Positions 18,656-28,600 of a stretch of DNA of 64,000 nucleotides are shown one piece after another. How positions within the stretch are numbered: position 1 is the stretch's first letter; each line of letters starts with the position of its first letter. The notes under the pieces are model-generated. The model was not told where the DNA came from and did not search any database. It saw only the letters and a list, made by a program, of their open reading frames with translations. Where the stretch lies: IMG/VR virus record IMGVR_UViG_3300042289_001232; one strand, written 5' to 3'. This DNA is from an uncultured virus (IMG/VR IMGVR_UViG_3300042289_001232) (Duplodnaviria; Heunggongvirae; Uroviricota; Caudoviricetes). The position numbers and the translations under genes were made by a program.

Positions 18656-18662
18656 TATTTAG
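18656..18662 (-). promoter_or_regulatory. Late promoter motif (CTAAATA) for gp19
   Basis: TATTTAG on + strand, followed on the minus strand by AAGGAG SD. Confidence 0.7.
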
Positions 18663-18669
18663 AGGTAGA

Positions 18670-20430
18670 TTAAGCCCCAACTTCGCTGAACGACACACCG
18701 GTTCTTGTAGCAACAAAATTCAACTGAATGAAATTGATACTACGAGCGGGTTTGATATAAATGTCTGCAACGAAACGATTTCCATCGATGACCTCTGCTG
18801 TATTGTTTTTCTCATCACAAACAACTTTGTAGTCTACAATTCCACGACGGGACTGAACATCCCGCAAGAAAGGCTCAACTAGAGAACGGAATTGTGCTCT
18901 CGTGAAGGAATCGTTGAACTCAAACAGGCTATACTTGGCGGCGGTAGCAATTGCCTTCTCAAGTACAATAAACAGACGGCGCACATTAATACGGTCAAAT
19001 GCAGAGGGCTTGACTTGTGCAGTCTTGTCGCCATAAAGAACAGTTCCTTCACCAGGAAATGTAACAACTGGATTGATTCCATTTTTGTAGAGTTCATCAC
19101 GGAATGTTTGACTTGGGTTGAAAGTCAACTTAACAACATTTTTAATGTTTCCACGATTAAATCCTGCGGGACTAAACCAAGGATCCGTACTTGCATCACT
19201 ACGGGCGCAAAGTCCTGCAATGTCTCCATTCAACGGAACATAACGGTACTTATCGTTGTAGATGTCATACATGTACTTGTAACCGCTATCAATAAACATG
19301 TAAGAAGAAGATCCTATCGTATTCCGATAATTTTTAGCAATAGTTAATTTATCAGTTTCGGAAGTTGTTGGATCCTTAATCGGACACGACACAAAACCAA
19401 TACAGTCCTTTCTCGATTCGACAATATCCCTAATTGCCTTTCCTACACCATCAGTAACCGAAGTGCCGCTGCCCATGTACTCCGGACCACCAATTATGAG
19501 ATTCACATCTTGTGTCTCTGAGTCTGTGAAAGCAGTAAGTCCTGTAGCAACAATACCTATCAAATCTGACGCACTAGCATATCGTGCCTCGTCAACACCC
19601 CCTGACAGGCTATAGGTAGCAATTTTAAAGGACACATTTGCTCCTGTTGTGTCAGAAATGTAGTTAAAGCCAGTGAGAGGACCACCCAATATCCCACTTC
19701 CGAAACTTGCAGCACTTCCAGTTAAATTTGAAGCAGCAATAATATACTTTGAAGTATTGTTAATTTTGTCTCTGAAGTAAATTGAATTTCCTTGTCCGTC
19801 TTTTGCATTGTTCGACAGAGAAACATTGGAAAATCTTTCAAGAACTGTGCCAGTTACACCCGACCAAAGACCATTTTCATCATACACAACAAGGTGAAAC
19901 TCATCGGCAGTACCACCTAAATTCTGTACATATAAACTAGTTCCTGGACGGCCATCGAACTCATTTTTAAATTCCCATCCATCAAAATCGATTGGTCCAG
20001 TACCCGCACTACTTCCACACGCAGAAATGGCGAGTGAATTTCCAATCGATCCTGCGTAACGAGCAATAAATGCTCCGTGAGTCGCTGATTGAACAAGACC
20101 AAAATTATCCTCATTTCTAATGAGTTCAGCAGTTTTTGAAGTAGGGACCGCATTTTTTGCACTTGATGAACTTTTAACTGAACGAACAACTCTAAGATTG
20201 TTTCCGTACTTCAAAAAGTTTGCTGCGGAGAACCAAGAATCATAATTCGTATCATCTGGAAGACCAAAATTAGATACTAAAGCATTTTCGCTGTCGATTA
20301 CGACAACCTTGTTAATTGGTCCCCACGCAAATGGTCCCGAAAAAGCAGCATTAGTGGTTGCAACTGCCGGAACAATTGTGGTCAAGTCTTTTTCTGTAAC
20401 ATTCACGCCTGGAGAAAGTTGGAATGCCAT
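18670..20430 (-). CDS. gp18: Contractile tail sheath protein
   Basis: MAFQLSPGVNVTEKDLT, PWFSPAGFNRG, SAFDRINVRRLF, IYIKPARSINFIQLNFVATRTG. Confidence 0.99.
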   Translation of the reverse strand: MAFQLSPGVNVTEKDLTTIVPAVATTNAAFSGPFAWGPINKVVVIDSENALVSNFGLPDDTNYDSWFSAANFLKYGNNLRVVRSVKSSSSAKNAVPTSKTAELIRNEDNFGLVQSATHGAFIARYAGSIGNSLAISACGSSAGTGPIDFDGWEFKNEFDGRPGTSLYVQNLGGTADEFHLVVYDENGLWSGVTGTVLERFSNVSLSNNAKDGQGNSIYFRDKINNTSKYIIAASNLTGSAASFGSGILGGPLTGFNYISDTTGANVSFKIATYSLSGGVDEARYASASDLIGIVATGLTAFTDSETQDVNLIIGGPEYMGSGTSVTDGVGKAIRDIVESRKDCIGFVSCPIKDPTTSETDKLTIAKNYRNTIGSSSYMFIDSGYKYMYDIYNDKYRYVPLNGDIAGLCARSDASTDPWFSPAGFNRGNIKNVVKLTFNPSQTFRDELYKNGINPVVTFPGEGTVLYGDKTAQVKPSAFDRINVRRLFIVLEKAIATAAKYSLFEFNDSFTRAQFRSLVEPFLRDVQSRRGIVDYKVVCDEKNNTAEVIDGNRFVADIYIKPARSINFIQLNFVATRTGVSFSEVGA

Positions 20431-20470
20431 TTGAGTAATCTCCTATTTGATAACTTTAAGTAGTCGAGTG

Positions 20471-20477
20471 TATTTAG
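20471..20477 (-). promoter_or_regulatory. Late promoter motif (CTAAATA) for gp18
   Basis: TATTTAG on + strand between gp17 and gp18. Confidence 0.7.
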
Positions 20478-20481
20478 TGTT

Positions 20482-22161
20482 TCAAAAAATCTCGTCTTTG
20501 TCTGTTGCCCAATTACTAGATTTTGCCTCATTATCTGAACTAATCGATGTCTCTCTTCCTAGTTCGGAAGATGACTTTTCATAATCATCTTGAAGACCAG
20601 ACTCTATGAACCCAAAGGGTATTAGTTCTTCTTCAAGTTTTTTAATCTTTTCCTCGTAAATTTTCTTTCTGACATCTAAATTGCTAATATCTTGAAAATA
20701 TGGCTGCGTTGTCATCCAACCGAACATTACAAGACAGGATACCAAATCGTCGTGATATCCCGAACTCGCCTCAAACGATTGGCCTTTAGCAATAAATGTA
20801 CTCAGTTCTGATATTATATCAAAATCGTTTAGTATTAACTTATCGCCTTCTATCAACTCTTTTAAAGCATTACATCCCAATTTTTTTGTCTGTGTACTTG
20901 TTCTTAATCCGGGATAAGCCTTCATTCCACCGTAAGCAGTTGCAAGTCTTTGTGATTTTTTATTTTGAATGACCACTTCAAGAAGGTTGTCATATTCCAA
21001 TTCCTCTTTAAGTAGATCAGCAACCCGCTGTCCGATGTCATTAATTTCAACAAGAATCATCGCTTCGTTGTATTTATTTCCTACAGATAGGATAACATTT
21101 GGGTAGATTTCTGAAGGTATTTGATTGTTTTTATACTTTGCAACCACTTTATATGGAAAATTAGTCACATCAATCACTACAAATGCATTATAATCCTGCC
21201 CTACAGATCTACTTGTGTCCACCGTAATTGAGTAAATGTGGTTTTCTTTAGGAGATTCGTATACGCAAAGGCCATCACTTGAACTGAAAATAGGCTCACA
21301 GAATGTTAACGATGCCAATTTAGATGTTTTGATAAGAGTATTTTGTGAACCGAGGAACTCACATTCATATTCACTTGCCCAATTTCTTTCAGATGTATTT
21401 CTGATTGTCTCTGCTTTAAATTTTTCATCTCGACCAGGAATTTGCCACCAAAACGCCTCTACGGGTTTAAAGTTTGATTTTCCGTCTTTAGCGTTTTGCC
21501 ACAACTTATAAAACATGTTCAATCCATTAGGAGTACTAACTATTACGGTTTTCGTTGTCTGTCCTGCCGTAATAGTCGGATAAACAGATGCAAAGAAATC
21601 CTCTGCTATCTCCTCAGGAACGAATGCAAATTCATCTAAAAGTAAAAAGTTATATGAAGAACCACGAACAGCACTTGATGATGTAGATGAACAGACCACT
21701 TTAGACCCATTTTCAAGTGTAATACTGGTTTTGTTCCACTCAATTACCCCTTGCTGCATCCACTTTGGAAGATTTTCATAAACAAGTTTAACTCTGTCCA
21801 TGATTTCTGTAGCGGTTTTCAATTTGTTTGCAAGTATGGCTACTTTGTATGATGGATTGAACAAAACTTGATGAACAATCTCACCAATTAGACAGGTTGT
21901 TTTACCTGATTGGCGAGGAATCTTGCAAATAGTGAATCTATTGTTGTGAACCGATCTTACTATCTCTTTTTGAAATTCATATAAGGTAATGGTCACTAAA
22001 CCTTGATCCAAGGTAACAATCTTCATGTGATTTTCCATGAAGTAAACAGGATCTTGGGAGCATTTGATATACTCCTCTAGTTGATCTTTGGTAAATTCAA
22101 TCTTGATATTTCCGGCTTTAAGTAACGGATTGCCAAGATATGTTTCATCAGTTTTACGCAT
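20482..22161 (-). CDS. gp17: Terminase large subunit
   Basis: YLGNPLLK, Walker A PRQSGKTT, Walker B LLLDEFAFV, IVSTPNG, nuclease motifs VDTSR and HDDLV. Confidence 0.98.
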   Translation of the reverse strand: MRKTDETYLGNPLLKAGNIKIEFTKDQLEEYIKCSQDPVYFMENHMKIVTLDQGLVTITLYEFQKEIVRSVHNNRFTICKIPRQSGKTTCLIGEIVHQVLFNPSYKVAILANKLKTATEIMDRVKLVYENLPKWMQQGVIEWNKTSITLENGSKVVCSSTSSSAVRGSSYNFLLLDEFAFVPEEIAEDFFASVYPTITAGQTTKTVIVSTPNGLNMFYKLWQNAKDGKSNFKPVEAFWWQIPGRDEKFKAETIRNTSERNWASEYECEFLGSQNTLIKTSKLASLTFCEPIFSSSDGLCVYESPKENHIYSITVDTSRSVGQDYNAFVVIDVTNFPYKVVAKYKNNQIPSEIYPNVILSVGNKYNEAMILVEINDIGQRVADLLKEELEYDNLLEVVIQNKKSQRLATAYGGMKAYPGLRTSTQTKKLGCNALKELIEGDKLILNDFDIISELSTFIAKGQSFEASSGYHDDLVSCLVMFGWMTTQPYFQDISNLDVRKKIYEEKIKKLEEELIPFGFIESGLQDDYEKSSSELGRETSISSDNEAKSSNWATDKDEIF

Positions 22162-22628
22162 TATTTGGATTCTTGAATTGGGGACACATCAATTATCTGT
22201 TTTTGTTGAGCCTTTATCATTTTCTGCAACTCTGCTGTGCTGCCAACAAAAATACTGTTATTAGTCACATTTGTTGCTTTTGATGGACCTTCTTCTTTCT
22301 TTATATCTCTCATGCGACGATGCAAGTCGATGAGTCGTGTATTTGCCTCTAGAGTCTGTCCAATTAATTGTGCAACAACTTCATATGCTCTAGGTTGCTG
22401 ACTATCCTCAGCCAATTCAAGAATCCCCTGTATAGCACTATTGGATTGCTCAATCACAACCTTCAGATTTCTTCTGACTTCATTGTAATCATCATCTGCC
22501 TCAGATGCTTTGTAAGAACCTCCAACACTATGGACAATATCTTTAGTTTCTAAACGCTTTTCTTCTAAATCCGATACATCCATATCAAGAGCCTTTGCTA
22601 TTTTAACATCAGAATTTCCCATGTTCAA
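22161..22628 (-). CDS. gp16: Terminase small subunit
   Basis: DDYNEVRRNL, PRAYEVVAQLI, TNNSIFVGSTAELQKM. Adjacent to gp17. Confidence 0.92.
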   Translation of the reverse strand: MNMGNSDVKIAKALDMDVSDLEEKRLETKDIVHSVGGSYKASEADDDYNEVRRNLKVVIEQSNSAIQGILELAEDSQQPRAYEVVAQLIGQTLEANTRLIDLHRRMRDIKKEEGPSKATNVTNNSIFVGSTAELQKMIKAQQKQIIDVSPIQESK

Positions 22629-23437
22629 AACTCCGTTATTGTTGTTTGTGCACCACTACTCGTATATCCCTGCGACCCATAAGTTAACCCTGCGTTGTAT
22701 CCTCCTGCCGTGACTCCCGGATACGGAACAGTCTGTATATTTGCATATGTACCACCAGTAATTCCATAGAAGTCTGAATCTAGTATTGACATATCGACCT
22801 GTGTAATCACCTTTTGCTTAACAACAGGGCCATATAGGTACATCTTTGCTATGAATTGAATATTTGCTAGTGTCACTTTTCTATTAGCATAGTCGCCGTA
22901 ACTGCCATCGTCACCATCTGATAAGTTGGAAGATGAAAAGACTATTGGAATATCGACATCCATGTCTGTTGGATTGATCGCTTTAATTGTAAATGTATAT
23001 TCAGGACCAAACAACGGGAGAATCTGTTCCATAATCTGTAAAGCATCATCCATAGTCTTTGACATTATGCTCAAAGATATAGTCATATTATAGGGAACTC
23101 TCTCATATCTTCTATACAAAGTGCTATTGTCGTTAGGATTATAAGCAACAGTCTTTTGTATTGTGTTCAACTTTCTTGAAGAATCGTATTGTAAATTTGT
23201 TATCTCAAATGCAAGTCTTGGAAGATAGTTCTCTAACTTGATATTCGATTCAAGATCGGTCCCTACTCTATCTAATCTAGAAAGAAACTTTTGCTTCGGT
23301 CCATAAGCAATTGGAACTTTGAACCTTTCTACTTCATTACCGCTAGAATCTTTGCGAGAAACATAGATGTCATTAAACATCGATGCAAATGCAACAACCA
23401 CTTTGCGTATTGTTCCGTGATAATAATAGTCAAGCAT
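22625..23437 (-). CDS. gp15: Tail sheath stabiliser/terminator
   Basis: YYHGTIRKVVVAFASMFNDI, VPIAYGPKQKFL, LPRLAFEI, DALQIMEQILPLF. Confidence 0.95.
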   Translation of the reverse strand: MLDYYYHGTIRKVVVAFASMFNDIYVSRKDSSGNEVERFKVPIAYGPKQKFLSRLDRVGTDLESNIKLENYLPRLAFEITNLQYDSSRKLNTIQKTVAYNPNDNSTLYRRYERVPYNMTISLSIMSKTMDDALQIMEQILPLFGPEYTFTIKAINPTDMDVDIPIVFSSSNLSDGDDGSYGDYANRKVTLANIQFIAKMYLYGPVVKQKVITQVDMSILDSDFYGITGGTYANIQTVPYPGVTAGGYNAGLTYGSQGYTSSGAQTTITEF

Positions 23438-23440
23438 AAA

Positions 23441-24331
23441 TCATGGATCTCCAAATGGATTATTTTCATCAAAGTTCAGAACTTCATCTGCTTCTGTTTC
23501 GATCACCATATTTTTTGCTTCGTTGAGTATTCCTAATTTATCATCAGATCCAATTACAGTACCATACAACATATTTCCACTTTTAATCACATAGAGGGGG
23601 GACGCAGATGTGCCAGACAACCACTTGCCAGAAACATTGGCAAGAGAAAGTTTTTGCGGAGAGATTCCGCTGTTAATTGATTGAATTTTCGCCCGTGCAG
23701 TTTCTCCCGAAGTTCCTCCCGTAACTTGACCGTTTTGGTATTGATAAACGATGTCGCCCTTTGCGAAAGATCCCGTTCCATAGGTGCCTCCCAGTACAAT
23801 ATCAACTTTGTATCCTGTTTCATCGTTAATTGCATCAATCTCTTCCACGCCTGTATCAAATTCTTCTTCGCTGTATTGAAATAGTTCACAAGTTAATTGA
23901 TAAGAATACAGTTTTCCAAGTTGATAAAATGGGTTCTCATGTTCAACAAACTTAATCTCAAACAACCCTTTATTCAGAGGAAGATAAAGTAAATCTCCTT
24001 CAAGTGGTCTGACTTTAGAAGTTTCTCTAAGAAACCTTTTTTTAGAAACCGTGAATTTCACACTATCACGAATCTCAAATCCAAATTTGGAGAAAGCATC
24101 TCCACCTTCGAATGCTTGTGTTGTATCCATGTACATTTCAATCATCTTAAACTCATTAAATCTTGAGTACTTTGACTCTCCAAAAAAATCATCTCTACTC
24201 ACCAAATCCCTAGGAATGTAGTACATCTCCATACCATGGATCTTGATAGCCTCAATGGTAAGATCCTCAACCAGATTTCTTTCGGGTTGATAGGTAGCGT
24301 TGTTTACACGAATATAAGGATTCAATGCCAT
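23441..24331 (-). CDS. gp14: Neck protein
   Basis: MALNPY, EAIKIHGMEMYYIPR, SKFGFEIRD, PLEGDLLYLPL, FEIKFVEHENPFYQLGK, C-terminal FDENNPFG. Confidence 0.95.
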   Translation of the reverse strand: MALNPYIRVNNATYQPERNLVEDLTIEAIKIHGMEMYYIPRDLVSRDDFFGESKYSRFNEFKMIEMYMDTTQAFEGGDAFSKFGFEIRDSVKFTVSKKRFLRETSKVRPLEGDLLYLPLNKGLFEIKFVEHENPFYQLGKLYSYQLTCELFQYSEEEFDTGVEEIDAINDETGYKVDIVLGGTYGTGSFAKGDIVYQYQNGQVTGGTSGETARAKIQSINSGISPQKLSLANVSGKWLSGTSASPLYVIKSGNMLYGTVIGSDDKLGILNEAKNMVIETEADEVLNFDENNPFGDP

Positions 24332-24335
24332 AAGA

Positions 24336-25172
24336 TTATCCCATCATAAAGTCCGCTGGCAGTTCGTACTTAGATATGATTTCTTTCTCAAGATTGTCTA
24401 TTTCTGTTGTTGCCTCTGAAGCGATATCGACACCTCTCAAGGTGATATCACCAGGAAGTTTGATGCCACTATACTTGGATAAATTAACTCCCCATTGTTT
24501 CTTGAGAAGTGCCGTAGCGTACCTCTTCAATAGTCTGTCTTCGTAGACTTCAGGGTATATTCTTGGATCAAGAATTCTATAACACTCGATAATTAAGTAC
24601 ATTCCAGCAGAAACTTGTTGTGCCCAATTCATGTCAATATAAAGTCGATTCTGAACACGATTGAATCTAACACTTTTATCGGGAGACAAGAATTGACGAA
24701 GTAGGCTTAAATATTGTTGAGTTAAGTCGTACTGAACAAGATCTATGGTTCCAAATGTATAAAGATCATTAAGAGCGTATTGGTATCGAATATCGAACAT
24801 ACCGACACTTTGTTGTGTGAAGGGGAAGATTCTAGTAACACTCGTAATTAAGTTTTCAATCAAAACATCTTCATCAGTTCTACCTTCCTCTGTAGCATCA
24901 AATATGGCATCCGAATTTTCTAGTCCACCACCAACAGCCCTACGGTTGTCGGATTTGAGTTCAATATATCCACGGGTTATATCTACAGGTGTGACCTGAT
25001 ACTTCAGGTAAACCTTCTCTACCCCATCAAAATGGTACTCTGAGAAGAAACGTAAAGCATCGTCTAAACGATCCTCAATTTGCTCATCCGCTAGATTTAT
25101 TTCGACTACTGGTGCGCCGAGTGCCCTTAGGCAGTATTCCTTCAGTTTTTCCCGAGAGTTGATCGCTGACAT
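24336..25172 (-). CDS. gp13: Neck protein
   Basis: LKEYCLRALGAPVVEINLADEQIEDRLDDAL, YHFDG, KKQWGVNLSKY, YELPADFMMG. Confidence 0.95.
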   Translation of the reverse strand: MSAINSREKLKEYCLRALGAPVVEINLADEQIEDRLDDALRFFSEYHFDGVEKVYLKYQVTPVDITRGYIELKSDNRRAVGGGLENSDAIFDATEEGRTDEDVLIENLITSVTRIFPFTQQSVGMFDIRYQYALNDLYTFGTIDLVQYDLTQQYLSLLRQFLSPDKSVRFNRVQNRLYIDMNWAQQVSAGMYLIIECYRILDPRIYPEVYEDRLLKRYATALLKKQWGVNLSKYSGIKLPGDITLRGVDIASEATTEIDNLEKEIISKYELPADFMMG

Positions 25173-25626
25173 TAGGCTTCTCCTTCACAGGGTATTTATC
25201 CTTTACAGCAATCCTCTTCCGTTGAAGTTCATCAATTCCTGACTCTTTTGTAGTTTTCTTCTCAACTACATGTTCCCAAAGAGCAACTACCAATTCATTG
25301 ATTTGGGGATATTCTCTCAGTCTACATCCAATCGGATCACGAAATTTATCGACCTCACGATTTGTATCGTTATTATCTTTTCGAATTGAATCGATTAGTG
25401 AAATGAAGTCTTGTTTTCTTGAAATATAACGGTCACCATCAGCCCAAGATCCAACCTGAGTGTTTGTTTTTCCGTTTGCACGAACAGTCAGCGATATTCC
25501 ATCATAAAACATACTCTCAAGACCTTCGCCCGTCGTGTAATCAGGCTCAAGCATTTTAAAAATGCTAATAGGCACTCTGATTTCATCTATATGAATAGTG
25601 TCAGATATGTGTTTAAAGGTAGGCAT
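25084..25626 (-). CDS. Hypothetical protein, tail-fibre assembly/chaperone-like
   Basis: C-terminal REYPQINELVVALWE...IAVKDKYP pattern, common in small tail-fibre-associated phage proteins. Overlaps the gp13 start by 89 nt. Confidence 0.5.
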   Translation of the reverse strand: MPTFKHISDTIHIDEIRVPISIFKMLEPDYTTGEGLESMFYDGISLTVRANGKTNTQVGSWADGDRYISRKQDFISLIDSIRKDNNDTNREVDKFRDPIGCRLREYPQINELVVALWEHVVEKKTTKESGIDELQRKRIAVKDKYPVKEKPNVSDQLSGKTEGILPKGTRRTSSRNKSSG

Positions 25627-25632
25627 GTCTTA

Positions 25633-26982
25633 TTACCTGTTAATTAGAGAGTTGACTTTCTCTGTTAATAGATTGATTCTATTAGTAAGGTCTACAATGA
25701 CTTTTTCATGTTTTTCTTCGTCAATTACGGTTCTGCCTGTATCATTCCACCTAATAATCCAATTACAAGACACATACGGAGGAACAATACTAAATGGCTT
25801 ATTTTTTCCAGAATCGTCTGTAGTTGCAACATTTTGAAAAGTACTCGATGAATGGACGGGAATTCCTGATGATGGATTTAAATAAATGCTTCCATCAGTC
25901 TCAGTTTGATTATCGCTAACTTTGACATTGTGAGAATGTGATGGAAGTTCGTTCTCAGTAAGAATCTGTGTCTGAGAACCTCCAACATTCCCTAATTGTG
26001 ATGATATCAATCCTGTAGAAAAACCCGATCCAAATATCGTTCTTGATCGAAGGTCCGGCAAGAAGAAGTGTGAACTCAAATTACCATTAATAATCTCAGC
26101 AAACGATTCGACCTTTACCGGACAAATTCCTGCTACTAAAAGCCCACCAAACTTGTCTGATGCGTGATCTATTTTTGAAGATGGGTGATTCGAAAGAAAA
26201 AGAAACCAGACTCTATTAGTATTAGAATCTGTTTTAGTAACAGTTGCGACAACACTATCATTTCCATCATTCCAACTCAATTTGAAATTAGATCCAACTT
26301 CAATTGAGTGGATGCTGTCGGAAAATTTCAAACACAAAGTATCGTTGGTGTTTGATCCCGATGTTACTTCATCCTCTAAACCCATGATCGAATGACTATC
26401 ACCGAGTCTTGAATACAAAAAAGCATACTCATCTTTCGGAAGTGCTTTACCCGAACAGATGAACCAATTTGAAGGAACCGTTTCTTCTCTCCCTGCATAT
26501 GCGACAATAGTACCAACAGGTGACGCTAGTGATGCTGATTCTATTGAAGGAACAGGGAGACTGTTTACTACTAGAGCCTGACAATGAGACATTCCGACCA
26601 TCAAAGGTCTGTATGCATAGTTAGAATGTATTGGTGGTGAAACATCTGATAGACTACCATCTTTCTTTTTACATGATAGATAGTATATCGTGCCATCTTT
26701 TAAACTTACATCACCATTGTCTAAACTGATGGGAGATGTTTTAAAATCTATAATCCCCTGATAAACAATAACGAAGGATTCGGGTGTTACTGATTCTATA
26801 ATACCTAAAGCAGAAGATTCTGCAATTCCATCAACTGTTGCAGGAACATATTCGCATGAAACCGAATCACGCCGTACAGCCATTCCAGGATGAAATGGAT
26901 GACCATATTGCGTGATTCGGTTTCGAATTGATGTTGACTCAGGAACTCCTTGAGGATGAGAATATGCTCTGAATGAACTCAT
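25633..26982 (-). CDS. Tail collar domain fibre protein (short-fibre-like)
   Basis: PVGTIVAYAG...PSNWFICSG, FFLPDLRSR, LTENELPSHSH, PPYVSCNWIIR form the phage tail collar domain signature. Confidence 0.8.
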   Translation of the reverse strand: MSSFRAYSHPQGVPESTSIRNRITQYGHPFHPGMAVRRDSVSCEYVPATVDGIAESSALGIIESVTPESFVIVYQGIIDFKTSPISLDNGDVSLKDGTIYYLSCKKKDGSLSDVSPPIHSNYAYRPLMVGMSHCQALVVNSLPVPSIESASLASPVGTIVAYAGREETVPSNWFICSGKALPKDEYAFLYSRLGDSHSIMGLEDEVTSGSNTNDTLCLKFSDSIHSIEVGSNFKLSWNDGNDSVVATVTKTDSNTNRVWFLFLSNHPSSKIDHASDKFGGLLVAGICPVKVESFAEIINGNLSSHFFLPDLRSRTIFGSGFSTGLISSQLGNVGGSQTQILTENELPSHSHNVKVSDNQTETDGSIYLNPSSGIPVHSSSTFQNVATTDDSGKNKPFSIVPPYVSCNWIIRWNDTGRTVIDEEKHEKVIVDLTNRINLLTEKVNSLINR

Positions 26983-26986
26983 TTAA

Positions 26987-28189
26987 TTAAGAATTGGAGA
27001 GTATTGCTTCAGTTGCAAACTTCAAGTTTGCTTCAATTCTTTCCCTTTGATCGCTAGGGAACTTATTTTCCTGTAAAAGTTGTGTTGCAGCAATTCTAGA
27101 CTCACGGTAATTCTCAGTCCAATAAGAAGAGATAGCAAACTCATCCAGAATAGCCCAATCATAAATTGGTTGACCAACGAAGAGCGCACCCTCAGGATAA
27201 CGGATTTTCAAAGCCTGCTTTGAGAATCGGTATGCTTGGTCCCATCTACAATAAGTTCTACACAGTCTAGCAGCAGCCCAGAGACTTTCTGCTCTCCACG
27301 GAGCGACTTGGTATCCTTGGAAGTAAACACGAATGATTTCATCAAACGGCTTTTGTAGAATTTCCATAATTCTACCCGCCTGATAATATGAATAGAACAC
27401 TTCCTCATTCCATCCGCCAAGTTCTGCTCTTTTCATATAACAATCGAGTGATTTTTCCCATTGCTGCGAGTCACGATATGATTGTGCAAGATAGAAATGA
27501 TATCTGTTTAAGTCTTTTTCTTCTACTTTACCAGATGCGAGTGCCTTTTCAAAGACGATAGCGTCCTTTGCATACTTATCTGCGCTCTTAGAACGATTTC
27601 CATCTTGAATAGGTGTATTGGTAAATCCCCGAGCAAAATCACGGGTTCCAATTTGATCGTGACAATCCACATATTCATGAAGAACTCCACGATAGTAAAA
27701 TCTCTTCTTGTTGCTAGTCAACTGTGGTCTGTGATATCTCGTCTGCCCATAGAAAGCAAACACATTGTACAGATCTGCTGTTAGTTCATCCTTAAACTTA
27801 TTTGGATCAAATCCAGGATCAAAAACTAGAATCTCGTCGGCATCAATCATGAGACTATAGTCATGACCACACTTCTGTGCAAATTCCAGAGCCTCTGATC
27901 TATTCTTTCCGAAATCAACCCACGGACGCTCATGCAATTCACCGGGAATTCCGTTTCTTTCAAAGAAATCCTTGATCTTTTTCTGAGTTCCATCAGTTGA
28001 TCCGGTATCAACGATTACCCAATAATCAATCACGGGAAGAACAGAAGAGAGACATCTCTCAATAACATGTGCCTCGTCCTTCACAATCATGCAAAGGTTT
28101 ACGGTTGGGGTTTTAGTGGTTGAATTATTGAGATCTGCCGTGAGTTCTGATGGTTCAATTACTGCTGCGTCTGTCATTTTATTCTCCAT
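26987..28189 (-). CDS. Glycosyltransferase family 2 with C-terminal TPR-like repeats
   Basis: LCMIVKDE..IERCLSSV...VDTGSTDGT, DFGKNR, DADE (DxD), YRGVLHE, then helical repeats (RYHFYLAQSYRD, EEVFYSYYQAG, PWRAESLW). Confidence 0.9.
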   Translation of the reverse strand: MENKMTDAAVIEPSELTADLNNSTTKTPTVNLCMIVKDEAHVIERCLSSVLPVIDYWVIVDTGSTDGTQKKIKDFFERNGIPGELHERPWVDFGKNRSEALEFAQKCGHDYSLMIDADEILVFDPGFDPNKFKDELTADLYNVFAFYGQTRYHRPQLTSNKKRFYYRGVLHEYVDCHDQIGTRDFARGFTNTPIQDGNRSKSADKYAKDAIVFEKALASGKVEEKDLNRYHFYLAQSYRDSQQWEKSLDCYMKRAELGGWNEEVFYSYYQAGRIMEILQKPFDEIIRVYFQGYQVAPWRAESLWAAARLCRTYCRWDQAYRFSKQALKIRYPEGALFVGQPIYDWAILDEFAISSYWTENYRESRIAATQLLQENKFPSDQRERIEANLKFATEAILSNS

Positions 28190-28210
28190 TATTTAATCAT
28201 AAGGCACATC

Positions 28211-28217
28211 TATTTAG
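28211..28217 (-). promoter_or_regulatory. Late promoter motif (CTAAATA) directly upstream of the glycosyltransferase
   Basis: TATTTAG on + strand in the 28190-28254 intergenic gap. Confidence 0.65.
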
Positions 28218-28254
28218 CATGTATCACAACGAAAGTTCACGAAAGTTCGAATGT

Positions 28255-28596
28255 TCAAGGAATTTTTGTAACTTCAGGATAAACTGTTATCATACCTTGA
28301 ACTATTCTTTGTATGTTCTGGCTGCCGTTTGAGTGAAGTTCGACATCATAAAACCAGACACCAGATTTGATTTTTGCTGTGTTTAGTGGATTCATAGAAA
28401 TGATTATATTTCCTGTTGATCCAGTGATAGATGTGGTTAAATCAAAACCTGTTGTTGATGAATAGAATCTACGCATCTGTGCGTATGCCGAATATCCCTT
28501 AGTTATATCAATAGGCGACCCATCACTTCCCCGAACAATCTGTGAGAAAGAAAAATTCGATCCTTGGTCTAAATCGTGATTGATAGAAATTGCCAT
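28255..28596 (-). CDS. Small virion structural protein (T4-like phage DQG-F family)
   Basis: MAISINHDLDQGSNF...AQMRR...TAKIKSGVWFYDV...RIVQGMITVYPEVT pattern, which I recognise from fibre-region genes of cyanophage-type myoviruses. Confidence 0.65.
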   Translation of the reverse strand: MAISINHDLDQGSNFSFSQIVRGSDGSPIDITKGYSAYAQMRRFYSSTTGFDLTTSITGSTGNIIISMNPLNTAKIKSGVWFYDVELHSNGSQNIQRIVQGMITVYPEVTKIP

Positions 28597-28600
28597 AAAT

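Noticed and set aside
25084..25172. 89-nt overlap between the 180-aa ORF and gp13 as a functional dual-coding region
   Set aside because: The recognisable motif ends at KDKYP and the extra tail looks unconstrained, so this is most simply a lost or late stop codon.
26987..28189. Glycosyltransferase as a T4-style DNA glucosyltransferase
   Set aside because: T4 alpha/beta-GTs are GT-B fold. This protein is GT2/GT-A with TPRs, lies in the late structural module, and has no nucleotide-modification genes nearby.
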